DNA of 64,000 bases, taken from positions 36,669 to 100,668 of the IMG/VR virus record IMGVR_UViG_3300043473_000069. One strand, written 5' to 3'. A program made the translations under genes and the position numbers. Within the stretch, counting starts at the first letter, position 1; every line of letters starts with the position of its first letter. Of the stretch, positions 45,053-54,117 are shown piece after piece. Origin of the DNA: a virus. Its lineage: Duplodnaviria; Caudoviricetes. The notes beneath the pieces are model-generated. The model saw only the letters and a program-made list of their open reading frames with translations, had not been told where the DNA came from and made no database searches.

Positions 45053-46123
45053 ATGGTGAGCATGCCCAACGAGATCGACGCCCTCATCGCTTCCATCAAC
45101 CGCAAAGCGAAGGAGGACGTCCTGGTCAGGGGCTCAGCGCTCCGCCACCTCACCTGGCAGAGGGCCACGACGGGGGCTCTCGCCTTGGATCTGGGGCTTG
45201 GCGGAGGCTGGCCTCTGAACTGCTGGAACGAGGTCATTGGCAACGAGTCCTCGGGCAAGACCAGCCTCATCCTCAAGACCATCGCCGCCCAGCAGGCAGC
45301 GAACCCGGAGTATCACACGCTGTGGCTCGCCAGCGAGGACTTCGACCCGGAGTGGGCAGCCACCCTCGGTGTGGACGTGGACCGCATGACGTTCGTGATG
45401 ACCAACGTCATGGAGTTGGCCTACGACGCAGCGCTGGCCGTGATGGAGGAGCGAGCGACCGACGCCGTGGTGCTCGACTCGTACCCCGCTCTGGTCCCGT
45501 CCGACGAGGACGAGAAGACGATGCAGGAACTGACGGTGGGGCGGGGTGCGTACTACACCAACAAGTTCATGCGGAAGTCGTACGCCGCTATGAGACGGAG
45601 CCTCAGCGAGTACGACCGTCCGGTGCTGGGCCTCTTCGTCAACCAGTGGCGGGAGCGCATCGGTGTGTTCCAGGGTGACCCCCGTATCACACCGGGAGGG
45701 AAGGGGAAGAACTACTCCTTCCTCACCCGCTTGGAGGTGGCCCGGCTGGAGTGGATCTCCAACTCGGCCAAGCTCAAGGTCGGCCAGGTCATCCGCTGCC
45801 GCACGATCAAGAACAAGACGGCACCGCCGCAGCGTGACGCTGTCCTCGACTTCTACTTCGATGACCACAAGGCGCACACCGCTGGCTCGTATGACACACT
45901 CAAGCAGGTGCACTCCATCGCCCTCGTCACCGGGATCCTGGAGCAGTCCGGGTCCTGGTACAAGTTCCGGGACCGCAAGTGGCACGGCGAAGAGAAGGTG
46001 CTGGCCGACATGCAGGGCGACCAACTGCTCACCGCTGCGCTGACCAACGAGGTCCGTCACCTGCTCCTGGGTGAGCCCCTGGTTGAGTATGAGCCAGCAC
46101 CCAAGCGTCGGCGCACGGTGTGA
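45053..46123 (+). CDS. RecA/UvsX-like recombinase
   Basis: TGALALDLGLGGG, GNESSGKT, VLDS, NQWRE and TPGG motifs. Confidence 0.92.
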   Translation: MVSMPNEIDALIASINRKAKEDVLVRGSALRHLTWQRATTGALALDLGLGGGWPLNCWNEVIGNESSGKTSLILKTIAAQQAANPEYHTLWLASEDFDPEWAATLGVDVDRMTFVMTNVMELAYDAALAVMEERATDAVVLDSYPALVPSDEDEKTMQELTVGRGAYYTNKFMRKSYAAMRRSLSEYDRPVLGLFVNQWRERIGVFQGDPRITPGGKGKNYSFLTRLEVARLEWISNSAKLKVGQVIRCRTIKNKTAPPQRDAVLDFYFDDHKAHTAGSYDTLKQVHSIALVTGILEQSGSWYKFRDRKWHGEEKVLADMQGDQLLTAALTNEVRHLLLGEPLVEYEPAPKRRRTV

Positions 46124-46404
46124 AGGAGTGGGAGCGCCAGGAGCAGCGCATCGCCAAGCAGTACGGGGGCAGGAGACAGCCGGGCTCTGGCTCCGGCTGG
46201 CTGCACACCAACGACGTGGTGGACGAGCGGTACCTGCACGAGGCCAAGCAGGGCGCCAAGATGGTCACCATCAAGGCGGAGGACTGGGAGAAGCTGCGGC
46301 GCAACGCCATGCTGATGGGCAGGGAGCCCCTGTTCCACATCCAGGTGGGCAACAGGCGCCTGGTCCTGCACGACGAGGGCACTCCGTATGATCCACCCGA
46401 TTGA
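46120..46404 (+). CDS. PD-(D/E)XK resolvase-like nuclease
   Basis: QE..IAK..QPGSG..ND...EAK. Confidence 0.65.
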   Translation: MKEWERQEQRIAKQYGGRRQPGSGSGWLHTNDVVDERYLHEAKQGAKMVTIKAEDWEKLRRNAMLMGREPLFHIQVGNRRLVLHDEGTPYDPPD

Positions 46405-46615
46405 GGTCCATGACGAGCAGGGCCTCAGGGCCTGGGCCTTCGAAGCCGACACCGACCCGGACATGGTGCTGTGGGCGGTGATGATGACCTACGCCAAGGG
46501 CCTCGGGTCGCTGTGCAACTGGGACTGTCCGGCCAGGACGGGCGGCTACTGCCTGGAGTGCCACGCCACGGCGTACGTAGCGAAGGAAGAGCTTGGACGC
46601 CGGGGCTACAAGTGA
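46388..46615 (+). CDS. Hypothetical Cys-containing protein
   Basis: Coupled ORF. Confidence 0.45.
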   Translation: MIHPIEVHDEQGLRAWAFEADTDPDMVLWAVMMTYAKGLGSLCNWDCPARTGGYCLECHATAYVAKEELGRRGYK

Positions 46616-46620
46616 GGGAG

Positions 46621-47592
46621 ATGAAGGCGTCCGCCCTCAAGCGCCTCAAGGACACCTACAAGTCCGACGATGTGATACTCCCGTATCTGCAGAGGCATGT
46701 GATGCGGTCGCTCGACGGCGAGAGCACACGCTCCCCGCTGATGCACCCCTCCGACATGTCACACAAGGAGTGGTGCGGGCGGCACGACTACTACCGCATG
46801 GTGGGCACCCCGGTGGAGCGCAAGGGCCAGGCCAACCCCAGCTTCACCATGGAGAACCTGTTTGCCGAGGGCCACACCATCCACGCCAAGTACCAGACGT
46901 GGCTGTGGGAGATGGGCGTCCTCTTCGGCCAGTGGTACTGCCACAACTGCACCAACCTCTGGGAGGGGCTGTCGCCCAAGGGCTGTCCGAGGTGTGAGTC
47001 ACTGCGTCTGTCCTATAGGGAGGTACCACTGCGGAGAGCGGGGTATCTGATCGAGGGCCACGCCGATGGTGCGGTGCACAACCTCGACGGGTGGTCGGGG
47101 CTGATCGAGATCAAGTCCATCGGCATCGGCACGCTGCGCTTCGAAGCGCCCCGGCTCTACAACAGGTACCAGGACGGCGCCGAGACGCTGGAGAACGTGT
47201 GGTGGAAGATCAGCCGCCCCTTCGGCAGCCACGTCAGACAGGGTCAGTTGTACCTGTGGATGGCGTGGCCCAAGTACGAGTGGATCACGTTCATCTACGA
47301 GTCGAAGTTCCACCAGCAGACCAAGGAGTTCAAGGTTGCCTACAACCCCACACTCATCGCCCCCTTGCTAGAAACTGCCCGTGAAGTAACATCGGCGGTG
47401 ACGACAGGGATCACACCTCGCAGGCCGACGTGGGCCGAGGACGCAGTCAGTAAGGTCTGCGTCTCCTGCGAGTACCGGAGAACATGTTGGAGCATCGATG
47501 ACGACACGAACCAGGACGATCCCACCGGGTCCGTCAGAGTTCGACGGGTCAGAGCCCCCGCTCGCAAGCGTCAGCTTGGGCGCCCAGCCTGA
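46621..47592 (+). CDS. Cas4/RecB-like PD-(D/E)XK exonuclease
   Basis: HPSD..C, GHTIH, GHADG, IEIKS, QGQLY and CVSCEYRRTC motifs. Confidence 0.85.
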   Translation: MKASALKRLKDTYKSDDVILPYLQRHVMRSLDGESTRSPLMHPSDMSHKEWCGRHDYYRMVGTPVERKGQANPSFTMENLFAEGHTIHAKYQTWLWEMGVLFGQWYCHNCTNLWEGLSPKGCPRCESLRLSYREVPLRRAGYLIEGHADGAVHNLDGWSGLIEIKSIGIGTLRFEAPRLYNRYQDGAETLENVWWKISRPFGSHVRQGQLYLWMAWPKYEWITFIYESKFHQQTKEFKVAYNPTLIAPLLETAREVTSAVTTGITPRRPTWAEDAVSKVCVSCEYRRTCWSIDDDTNQDDPTGSVRVRRVRAPARKRQLGRPA

Positions 47593-47995
47593 GTACGAGA
47601 TCCCCGACGTCCCTCGGGACATCACCGTCATCTCCGACAAGAAGCTGATGACCCTGTTCAGCGAGTACGTGTCGTGGCAGAACTACGCCGCCACTCGCCT
47701 GGCCGAGTGCGAGGTCGAGGAAGAGCGGGCCGGTGCCGCTGTGAGATACGAAGAGGCCATCGCCATGTCGATGGCGCCCGCCAACGCCAAGGTCACCGTG
47801 ACCCGAGCGAACATGGCGACGTCGAAGACGATGCAGACAGCACGGGAGCGGGCCTTGGAGGCCTACGCCGCCCGCAAGCTGACGCAGGTGGTGTACGCCA
47901 ACTGCGAGCGTGTCGTAGCACTGATCAGTAGGGAGTTGACCCGGCGTGTCGGCCGGGAAGGACCAGAGCGGAGGAACGCACGGTGGAATCCATGA
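47498..47995 (+). CDS. UvsY-like helical recombination mediator (tentative)
   Basis: All-helical with a C-terminal ISRELTRR motif; near the RecA gene. Confidence 0.5.
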   Translation: MTTRTRTIPPGPSEFDGSEPPLASVSLGAQPEYEIPDVPRDITVISDKKLMTLFSEYVSWQNYAATRLAECEVEEERAGAAVRYEEAIAMSMAPANAKVTVTRANMATSKTMQTARERALEAYAARKLTQVVYANCERVVALISRELTRRVGREGPERRNARWNP

Positions 47996-48288
47996 CCGTC
48001 AACGAGAAGTACATCGTCTTCAAGCGAAGAGAGTTCATGCAGACGGTGGGTGACATCGACGGCCTGACGGAACGCTACGAGGGCTTGGAGGTCCCTGACG
48101 CTGTTGTGATACGGAGGCAGGACAAGTTCGCCAGCCCGTGCCTCGCCACGTACGCCAGCATGATCGCTCTCGTGGCGCAGAACATCAGCGACACCAACGT
48201 GGGCAAGGAACTGCTCGCCATCGCTGACTACTTCGAAGACCAGGCGCAGTTGGCTGCCGCCGAGGGCTACAAGCTGCCGGACCGATGA
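47983..48288 (+). CDS. Hypothetical protein
   Basis: KYIVFKR..VVIRRQDKFA motif. Confidence 0.6.
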   Translation: MESMTVNEKYIVFKRREFMQTVGDIDGLTERYEGLEVPDAVVIRRQDKFASPCLATYASMIALVAQNISDTNVGKELLAIADYFEDQAQLAAAEGYKLPDR

Positions 48289-48443
48289 CCCGGCACCTCA
48301 CCTGCGCCCAGCTACTGGAGCAAGCCCACGCCCTGCTCACCCGGATCCACGAGGATGATCTGGGCTGGCAGGACGAGTCGGTGCTGTGGGCCAGACGTTA
48401 CGAGGACTGGAAGGCGGAGCAGAGTCTTGCCGGGTCTGACTGA
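48285..48443 (+). CDS. Small hypothetical protein (not in the ORF track)
   Basis: ATGA overlap; 52 aa. Confidence 0.45.
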   Translation: MTRHLTCAQLLEQAHALLTRIHEDDLGWQDESVLWARRYEDWKAEQSLAGSD

Positions 48444-48714
48444 CACCACCGACGCCATGGTGTGGGCGGAGGAGTTCTGCCGCATCTTCACCGGCCACAC
48501 GATCTTGCCCGAGGGTGCCGCCGCCGAGAAGTTCAAGGAGACTCGGGGTGTCGTGGACGAGGGTGGGATGGTGGCTTGGTTCGCCAGTGCCATCGAGACA
48601 GGGCGCAACGCTGGCCGCAAGGAGACGTGCCCCCACCCCACCTACCACGTCGTGTCGGAGGAGATGATGCTCTGCACCACCTGTGGGCTGGCCGTGTATG
48701 GCGAACCCGACTAA
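48427..48714 (+). CDS. Hypothetical protein
   Basis: DAMVWAEEF..MVAWFASAIETG motif. Confidence 0.55.
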   Translation: MPGLTDTTDAMVWAEEFCRIFTGHTILPEGAAAEKFKETRGVVDEGGMVAWFASAIETGRNAGRKETCPHPTYHVVSEEMMLCTTCGLAVYGEPD

Positions 48715-49114
48715 GGGTCTGGGCACTGGGCACGAGACAGCCATCGTCCGCTGGCTCAAGGAGCACGGCTGGCCGTGGGCTCATCGCCGCACGCAGAAGG
48801 GCAGCGCCGACGAGGGAGACGTGTGTCTCTCGGAGCGCATCCCGTTCACGATCGAGGCCAAGACGGCACGCAAGACGACTGACCGCATGGCTGTCGGTAC
48901 CTGGGTACGAGAGCTTGAGGCGGAGGTCACCGCCGTCGGTGACGTGGCCGGTGCGGTCATCTTCAAGCGCCGGGGTACCACCGACGTGGGCGAGTACATC
49001 GCCATCATGCCGGTCAAGTACCTGAACCACCTGCTAGAGGCCACCTTCGGTGAGGATCAAGTTCCTCTAGAGAAATCTGCGAAGCGGGTGAGAGTCATAC
49101 CTCGGTACCAGTGA
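48698..49114 (+). CDS. Holliday junction resolvase (Hjc-like)
   Basis: GTGHE..DEGD..IEAK..KRRG. Confidence 0.8.
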   Translation: MANPTKGLGTGHETAIVRWLKEHGWPWAHRRTQKGSADEGDVCLSERIPFTIEAKTARKTTDRMAVGTWVRELEAEVTAVGDVAGAVIFKRRGTTDVGEYIAIMPVKYLNHLLEATFGEDQVPLEKSAKRVRVIPRYQ

Positions 49115-49155
49115 TGGCGTACGCTCCTATCGGACCTTGTCCCTTAGGAGCATCC

Positions 49156-49443
49156 GTGGCTGTAACAACCGAGCCTGTCGAGAACCTGCTGCGGGTGTCG
49201 GCCACGACTCCACCGCAGGCCATCGCCCAGTCCATCAACCGAGCGCTGATGGACGGTGGCCCGCCCATCATCCGTGCCATCGGTGCTGGCGCCGTGGCGC
49301 AGGCCTGCAAGGGCATCGCCATCGCTCGTGGGATCGTCGCCACCCGAGGGCGTGACCTCGCCACGACGATCGGCTTCGACACGGTGACCGGTGACTCGGG
49401 ACAGGAGATCTCGGCACAGACCTTCCACCTGTTCCTGCGGTAA
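49156..49443 (+). CDS. spoVS: SpoVS-family (Alba-fold) protein
   Basis: LRVSA..AIGAGAVAQACKGIAIARG..ISA; AGGAG RBS before GTG. Confidence 0.85.
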   Translation: MAVTTEPVENLLRVSATTPPQAIAQSINRALMDGGPPIIRAIGAGAVAQACKGIAIARGIVATRGRDLATTIGFDTVTGDSGQEISAQTFHLFLR

Positions 49444-49449
49444 CACACG

Positions 49450-50454
49450 GTGGCCTACCCGTCCATCTACCGGGCGAAGGCCGTCCAGTACGACGGCACC
49501 ACGCTCATCGCCTACGTCCCGCAGGTGTTCGGTGACGTGACGATCGAGATCACTGACCTCATCGGTGAGATCGAGCAGGGCATGGGCTGGGTGTTCTTCC
49601 AGGCTGGCAACCCCGAGTTCCCGGTGTGGATGTCGGGCGTGTTCGCTGGCGCTGCCTTCGAAGGCGGCGGGGAGGTGGACGAGGGCGGGACCGTCTTCAT
49701 CACCCGTGACTACCGCTGGCTCAACAACGTCACCGCCACCGATCCCGGCAGCGGCAGGGTCAAGGTCAACAACCTGGACCCAGCGCTGGCGACCGAGGTG
49801 TACATCTCAGCGTACGACCAGAACGCCACGGCGTATCTTACGCTGCTATCGCTGACTCCTGGTGACCTGTTCGCCGTGTACCTGCAGGGCAACGTTGGCA
49901 CTCGCATCGAGTACAAGTTGGCCGGTCCTGCCGTCAACAACACGGGCTGGCTGACGATCCCGGTGACGGTGGGCGCCAACTACGGCTTCGCTTCGGGCAC
50001 GCCGGGCAACAACGCTCAGGTCAAGGTGACCGTGCAGACCACGGGCAGCGTCATCGCACCCAACGAGGTGTGGATCAGCCCCAACGAGCCCACGGACCCC
50101 AACGTGGAACTCTGGTATGACACGGACGAGTACATCCCGACCTCTCGTCAGGTGGTCGAGCCCAAGGGAACGATCACGTCATACACGGTGCAGTTGGCTG
50201 ACGAGAACAAGGTGCTCTGGTTCACATCGTCCACGGCGATCGCTCTCACCATCCCGACGTTCGCCACGACGGCCTTCGGTGACGGTGTTCGCATCGACAT
50301 CCTGCAGACCGGTGCCGGTCGCATCACGGTCAGCGGTGCTGGCGGCGTGTCGGTCATCGCTACACCTACCGCTGTCCTTCGGGCCACGGGTTCGGTGGCG
50401 AGCCTGCTCAAGCTCAGCACCAACACCTGGTTGGTCACGGGAGACATGGGCTGA
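49450..50454 (+). CDS. Baseplate spike-like protein (gp5/gpV N-terminal OB fold) with a fibre-like C-terminus
   Basis: YRAKAV..VPQVFG..WVFFQAGNPEFPVW.G motif. Confidence 0.65.
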   Translation: MAYPSIYRAKAVQYDGTTLIAYVPQVFGDVTIEITDLIGEIEQGMGWVFFQAGNPEFPVWMSGVFAGAAFEGGGEVDEGGTVFITRDYRWLNNVTATDPGSGRVKVNNLDPALATEVYISAYDQNATAYLTLLSLTPGDLFAVYLQGNVGTRIEYKLAGPAVNNTGWLTIPVTVGANYGFASGTPGNNAQVKVTVQTTGSVIAPNEVWISPNEPTDPNVELWYDTDEYIPTSRQVVEPKGTITSYTVQLADENKVLWFTSSTAIALTIPTFATTAFGDGVRIDILQTGAGRITVSGAGGVSVIATPTAVLRATGSVASLLKLSTNTWLVTGDMG

Positions 50455-51137
50455 TGCCTTTCACCCTTGGTGTCGAGGCGTCGGCCATCTCAGCGCTGAT
50501 CGCTGGCGGTCCCTACCTGGACCCCGCTGTGGGATACGCCGCTACCCCTGACGCAGCAGCGTTCACGATCTTCGGGGACTTCTGCCTCACGGCACGGGCT
50601 GTCCTCCCGGCAGCGGTCGGTGCCAACAGGATGCTCGCCTGTCAGTGGCCGACCGGCCCGTCGTCAGACCAGGCGTTCCTGTGGTTCATCACCACGGCGG
50701 GCATCATGCAGATCACACTGCGTGCCCCCAACATCACGCAGTCCACGGCCAACGTCCTCACCGCCGCCGAGGTCAACGCCTTCGGTGGGAGCCCGGTGTA
50801 CATCGGCGTGCGGTGTCGAGCCAGCACCGGACGATTCGCTGCCATCACGTCGACCGACGGCATCATCTGGAACGAGGTCGGTACCCCGGTAACGACGACG
50901 TCGTTCCCGAGCGGCGTCATCAACTCCACCACGCCGCTGCACATCGGGAGCCGTTCGGTGTCCGGGGCTGACCGGTGGAACCAACCCATCTTCTGGGCCG
51001 AGATGAGGATGAGCCTCAACCCTGGTACGGGGACCCGAGCGTTCCGGTTCGACGCATCGGAAGCACTAGGAACATCTTGGACCGATCCCCGTGGGATCCC
51101 TTGGTCCCTCAGCGCAGCAGGAGCGATTCACTCATGA
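50454..51137 (+). CDS. LamG/concanavalin-like structural protein
   Basis: Beta-sandwich pattern; INSTTPLHIG motif. Confidence 0.55.
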   Translation: MPFTLGVEASAISALIAGGPYLDPAVGYAATPDAAAFTIFGDFCLTARAVLPAAVGANRMLACQWPTGPSSDQAFLWFITTAGIMQITLRAPNITQSTANVLTAAEVNAFGGSPVYIGVRCRASTGRFAAITSTDGIIWNEVGTPVTTTSFPSGVINSTTPLHIGSRSVSGADRWNQPIFWAEMRMSLNPGTGTRAFRFDASEALGTSWTDPRGIPWSLSAAGAIHS

Positions 51138-51403
51138 GCTATTCAGCACAGGCCCTACTCTCGGCGGACGGTGACTTCCTCAACCGTGTGATGGCGTGCG
51201 CCGCCGTCGAGGTGCCGATGACACATTCGCCCACGGTATGGGCGACCGACCACATCTGGCGTGTGTCAGCGGCGCCTGGCTTCGCTGACGCCTACGAGTA
51301 CGCCATCAACACCGACGTCGAGCGTCCCGGCAACGACCCGGCGGTGATCACCGACGCACAGATCCTCGGTGCGGTGCAGTACCAGTTGTCGCAGGAGACG
51401 TGA
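51134..51403 (+). CDS. Small fibre-associated protein
   Basis: DFLNRV..ITDAQILGAV motif; located among the fibre genes. Confidence 0.55.
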   Translation: MSYSAQALLSADGDFLNRVMACAAVEVPMTHSPTVWATDHIWRVSAAPGFADAYEYAINTDVERPGNDPAVITDAQILGAVQYQLSQET

Positions 51404-51407
51404 GCAC

Positions 51408-52319
51408 ATGCCGGGAGCGTTGAAGGCCAAGGTCGCCGGGAACTGGGTGCTGGCATCCAGTGCTGCCGGTGGTGGCGGTGCCGAAGAGGTCTACGTCGGT
51501 CCCATCGATCCCGGTGCTGCCTATGACCTGTGGATCGACACCGGCACGGCACAGACGTTGCCCCAGGACGCTCGATGGAACACGGCATGGGGTCAGGTCG
51601 CTGTCTCAGGTGGCTGGGACGCTGCGCTGGGTGCTGCGGGCAACGGCGTCTACACGTACGTCGGCACGATCACTGCTCAGTTGACGGCTGGACGGCAGTA
51701 CGTCCTCTCCCTCACGCAGAACTCCTCCTACGGCAGCGGTGTCGGTGAGACATGGGGGTGGCGCCCAGAGATCGACGCTGCACCTGTCGGCGGTGAGTTC
51801 TACTGGCAGATCGCCGTCGCTGGTGCGTACCTCGGTCCGAGCACGCAGGACATGCCCTTCACGGTGGCAACGACCGGCTCCAAGTCATTGCGGGTCGGCA
51901 TCCGTCGTGTCAACGGGGGCGGCACGTTGCAGGCCCGAGGTGCCTTCGTCATCTACGACACCGGTCCCGTCACTGGTGCGTTGGTGTCGCCTGAGCCAAC
52001 CCCACCCTGGATCTCGCTCCCCTACGCCACCGGCTGGCTGCACTATGACGCCAACACCTTCTACGGTGGTGCGTACCGCAGGATGGGGGACCTGGTGTAT
52101 CTCCGTGGCCTCGTCACCCAGGTTGGCGGGGCAGCAGCAACCATCGGCACGTTGCCTGCGGGCTATCGACCTGCTCGTCAAGTCATCCAGTCGCAACTGT
52201 GCTCGACCGGTCAGGCCCGCTATGACATCACCACGTCTGGTGTGATCACGACTTCGACGACCATCAGTGCTGGCAACTGGGTCTGCTTCGACGGCGTCTA
52301 CTTCTCGGTGACGGCATGA
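51408..52319 (+). CDS. Tail fibre/receptor-binding protein
   Basis: C-terminal YRRMGDLVYLRG..IGTLPAGYRP domain. Confidence 0.7.
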   Translation: MPGALKAKVAGNWVLASSAAGGGGAEEVYVGPIDPGAAYDLWIDTGTAQTLPQDARWNTAWGQVAVSGGWDAALGAAGNGVYTYVGTITAQLTAGRQYVLSLTQNSSYGSGVGETWGWRPEIDAAPVGGEFYWQIAVAGAYLGPSTQDMPFTVATTGSKSLRVGIRRVNGGGTLQARGAFVIYDTGPVTGALVSPEPTPPWISLPYATGWLHYDANTFYGGAYRRMGDLVYLRGLVTQVGGAAATIGTLPAGYRPARQVIQSQLCSTGQARYDITTSGVITTSTTISAGNWVCFDGVYFSVTA

Positions 52320-53128
52320 CTGTCGTCAAGGCACGGCTCAACAACCAATGGGTTGACGTCTCCGGCGGCAGCCAGTGGGACACAGCGTGGGGCATCCTGG
52401 CGGTGGGTTCGATCTTCGCAGCGAATCCTGTTGCCCTCGCCGGATCGTTCTCCAAGATCACCAACCCCATCAGCATCACCCTCCTCGCCGGTCGGCGTTA
52501 CCGCATCGTGTTCCAAGCTCGTGCAGTTGTCACCGCCTCGACAGGTGGACCAGATGCCTCAGCCAACTTCGCCCTCTACGACGGAGGTGCGCCGAGGCTC
52601 GATCTGGCTGACTGGTACTGCCTTACCAGTGAGGCCAGTGGCACTGCTTACAACGGTACCGAGTGGGGCACGATCATTGAAGGTGATGGGGCGGCGCACA
52701 ACTGGGAGATTTGGGGTCGAGCGTGGGGGACCAACGCCAACGTCCATGTCTCATCGAACTGCCGTTACTACATCGAGGACATGGGTCCGATCACTACGCT
52801 TTCGACGCAGTCCTTGACCACACCGTGGACGGGCGTCACATTCCAGGGGGGCTGGTATCAGTACCCTGATCCACAGTTTGCTCCCGTGCAGTACCGCAAG
52901 ATCGGTGACATCGTGTTCCTTCGTGGTCTGACCGCAGGTGGTACGCCGACGTTGCCGATCTTCACGCTCCCCGCTGGCTTCCGCTCTCCCTACACCCTCC
53001 ACGTTGCTTTTGCTAGCAACGCTGCGGCTGTCTACGGCCATGTGAAGAACAATGGAGAGGTGACGCCTTCGGGCGGTGCCACAGCGTGGGTGGATCTCAG
53101 TTCAGTACAGTTCTCGACCACACCGTGA
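52316..53128 (+). CDS. Tail fibre/receptor-binding protein (paralogue)
   Basis: YRKIGDIVFLRG..IFTLPAGFR domain. Confidence 0.7.
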   Translation: MTVVKARLNNQWVDVSGGSQWDTAWGILAVGSIFAANPVALAGSFSKITNPISITLLAGRRYRIVFQARAVVTASTGGPDASANFALYDGGAPRLDLADWYCLTSEASGTAYNGTEWGTIIEGDGAAHNWEIWGRAWGTNANVHVSSNCRYYIEDMGPITTLSTQSLTTPWTGVTFQGGWYQYPDPQFAPVQYRKIGDIVFLRGLTAGGTPTLPIFTLPAGFRSPYTLHVAFASNAAAVYGHVKNNGEVTPSGGATAWVDLSSVQFSTTP

Positions 53129-53138
53129 GGAGCAGGTC

Positions 53139-53696
53139 ATGACCGACTGGCAGCGCCACGACTACCCAGGCAGCGACGCTCCCTTCCGCATCGCTGAGAC
53201 GTTGGGGCCACGTCCGTACGCCCACGACCACCTCGATGCCCTCAGGATGAACTGGCGCCGGACCCCGGAAGCTCAGTACCCCGACGGCTACCTTGGCACC
53301 GTCCCCTCTCGGCGTGGCGACCGTCTCATGGACGGGCTCAAGGCACGCACGACCAACCGACCCAACACACGGGGCATTCACAAGGGTGAACGCCTCGACA
53401 TGCGAGACTACTTCTGGCCTGCCGAGTTCAACCTCTGGTCAGGCTTGGAAGCTGAGGCAGCCGGTGTGAAGTTCGTATCACCCGGCATCGGAGAACTACT
53501 GCAAGACGAGCGCTACCCCACGAACCGTCGTGTCGGACCACGCAGCGTCCCAGTTGGAGCCCGGTACCAGAACACCGGAGTCCCGCCAGCACCAACGAAC
53601 GCTGATCGCAACCCCGTTCTGAGGAGCCAGGCACCTCCCTGGGCAACCGGCATCCGAGGGAACCCAGGAATGGGAGTGCCCTACCCCGGCCGATAA
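53139..53696 (+). CDS. Hypothetical phage protein
   Basis: GAGGAG RBS; YPDGYLGT...RGIHKGER motif. Confidence 0.6.
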   Translation: MTDWQRHDYPGSDAPFRIAETLGPRPYAHDHLDALRMNWRRTPEAQYPDGYLGTVPSRRGDRLMDGLKARTTNRPNTRGIHKGERLDMRDYFWPAEFNLWSGLEAEAAGVKFVSPGIGELLQDERYPTNRRVGPRSVPVGARYQNTGVPPAPTNADRNPVLRSQAPPWATGIRGNPGMGVPYPGR

Positions 53697-53868
53697 CGAG
53701 GTAACAACTGATGGAGAGCACCGGCGCCGCCTACTCACCGAGGGCGACCAAGGCGACCGTGCAGCCGCCCGCACAGACGTCGTATCTCATGCCGTCTGTC
53801 GGATCCCGTCCGCCACGCCAGGCCCAGCCCGGCATGGACGCACAGGCATCCGAGCAGCAGGTGCAGGG

Positions 53869-54117
53869 ATGAGCGACGAGCCTGTTGAGTCCGAGGAGAC
53901 TCCCGAGACACCGGAGACACCGGAGACGGAGGAGACTCCCGAGTTCGGGGACATCGATCCCGACGATGCCGTCGATGACGGCGACGACGCCACCGACTGG
54001 TCCAACCTCGATGCCCTGCAGGTGCAGGTCGATGCGATCAACGCTGTCGAGGACGACGACGAACGTGTCGAGGCAGCGCAGCGGTGGGCCAGGGAACTGG
54101 AAGGCCAAGAGATCTGA
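53869..54117 (+). CDS. Small acidic protein
   Basis: ETP repeats; coupled to the endolysin start. Confidence 0.5.
   Translation: MSDEPVESEETPETPETPETEETPEFGDIDPDDAVDDGDDATDWSNLDALQVQVDAINAVEDDDERVEAAQRWARELEGQEI

Noticed and set aside
28514-46123. Inteins or introns in DnaB, PolA or RecA
   Set aside because: Protein lengths are normal and no intein splice-junction or homing-endonuclease motifs were seen.
46621-47592. Cas4 as evidence of CRISPR-Cas
   Set aside because: Solo Cas4-like exonucleases are common in phage recombination modules, and no cas1, cas2 or array is present.
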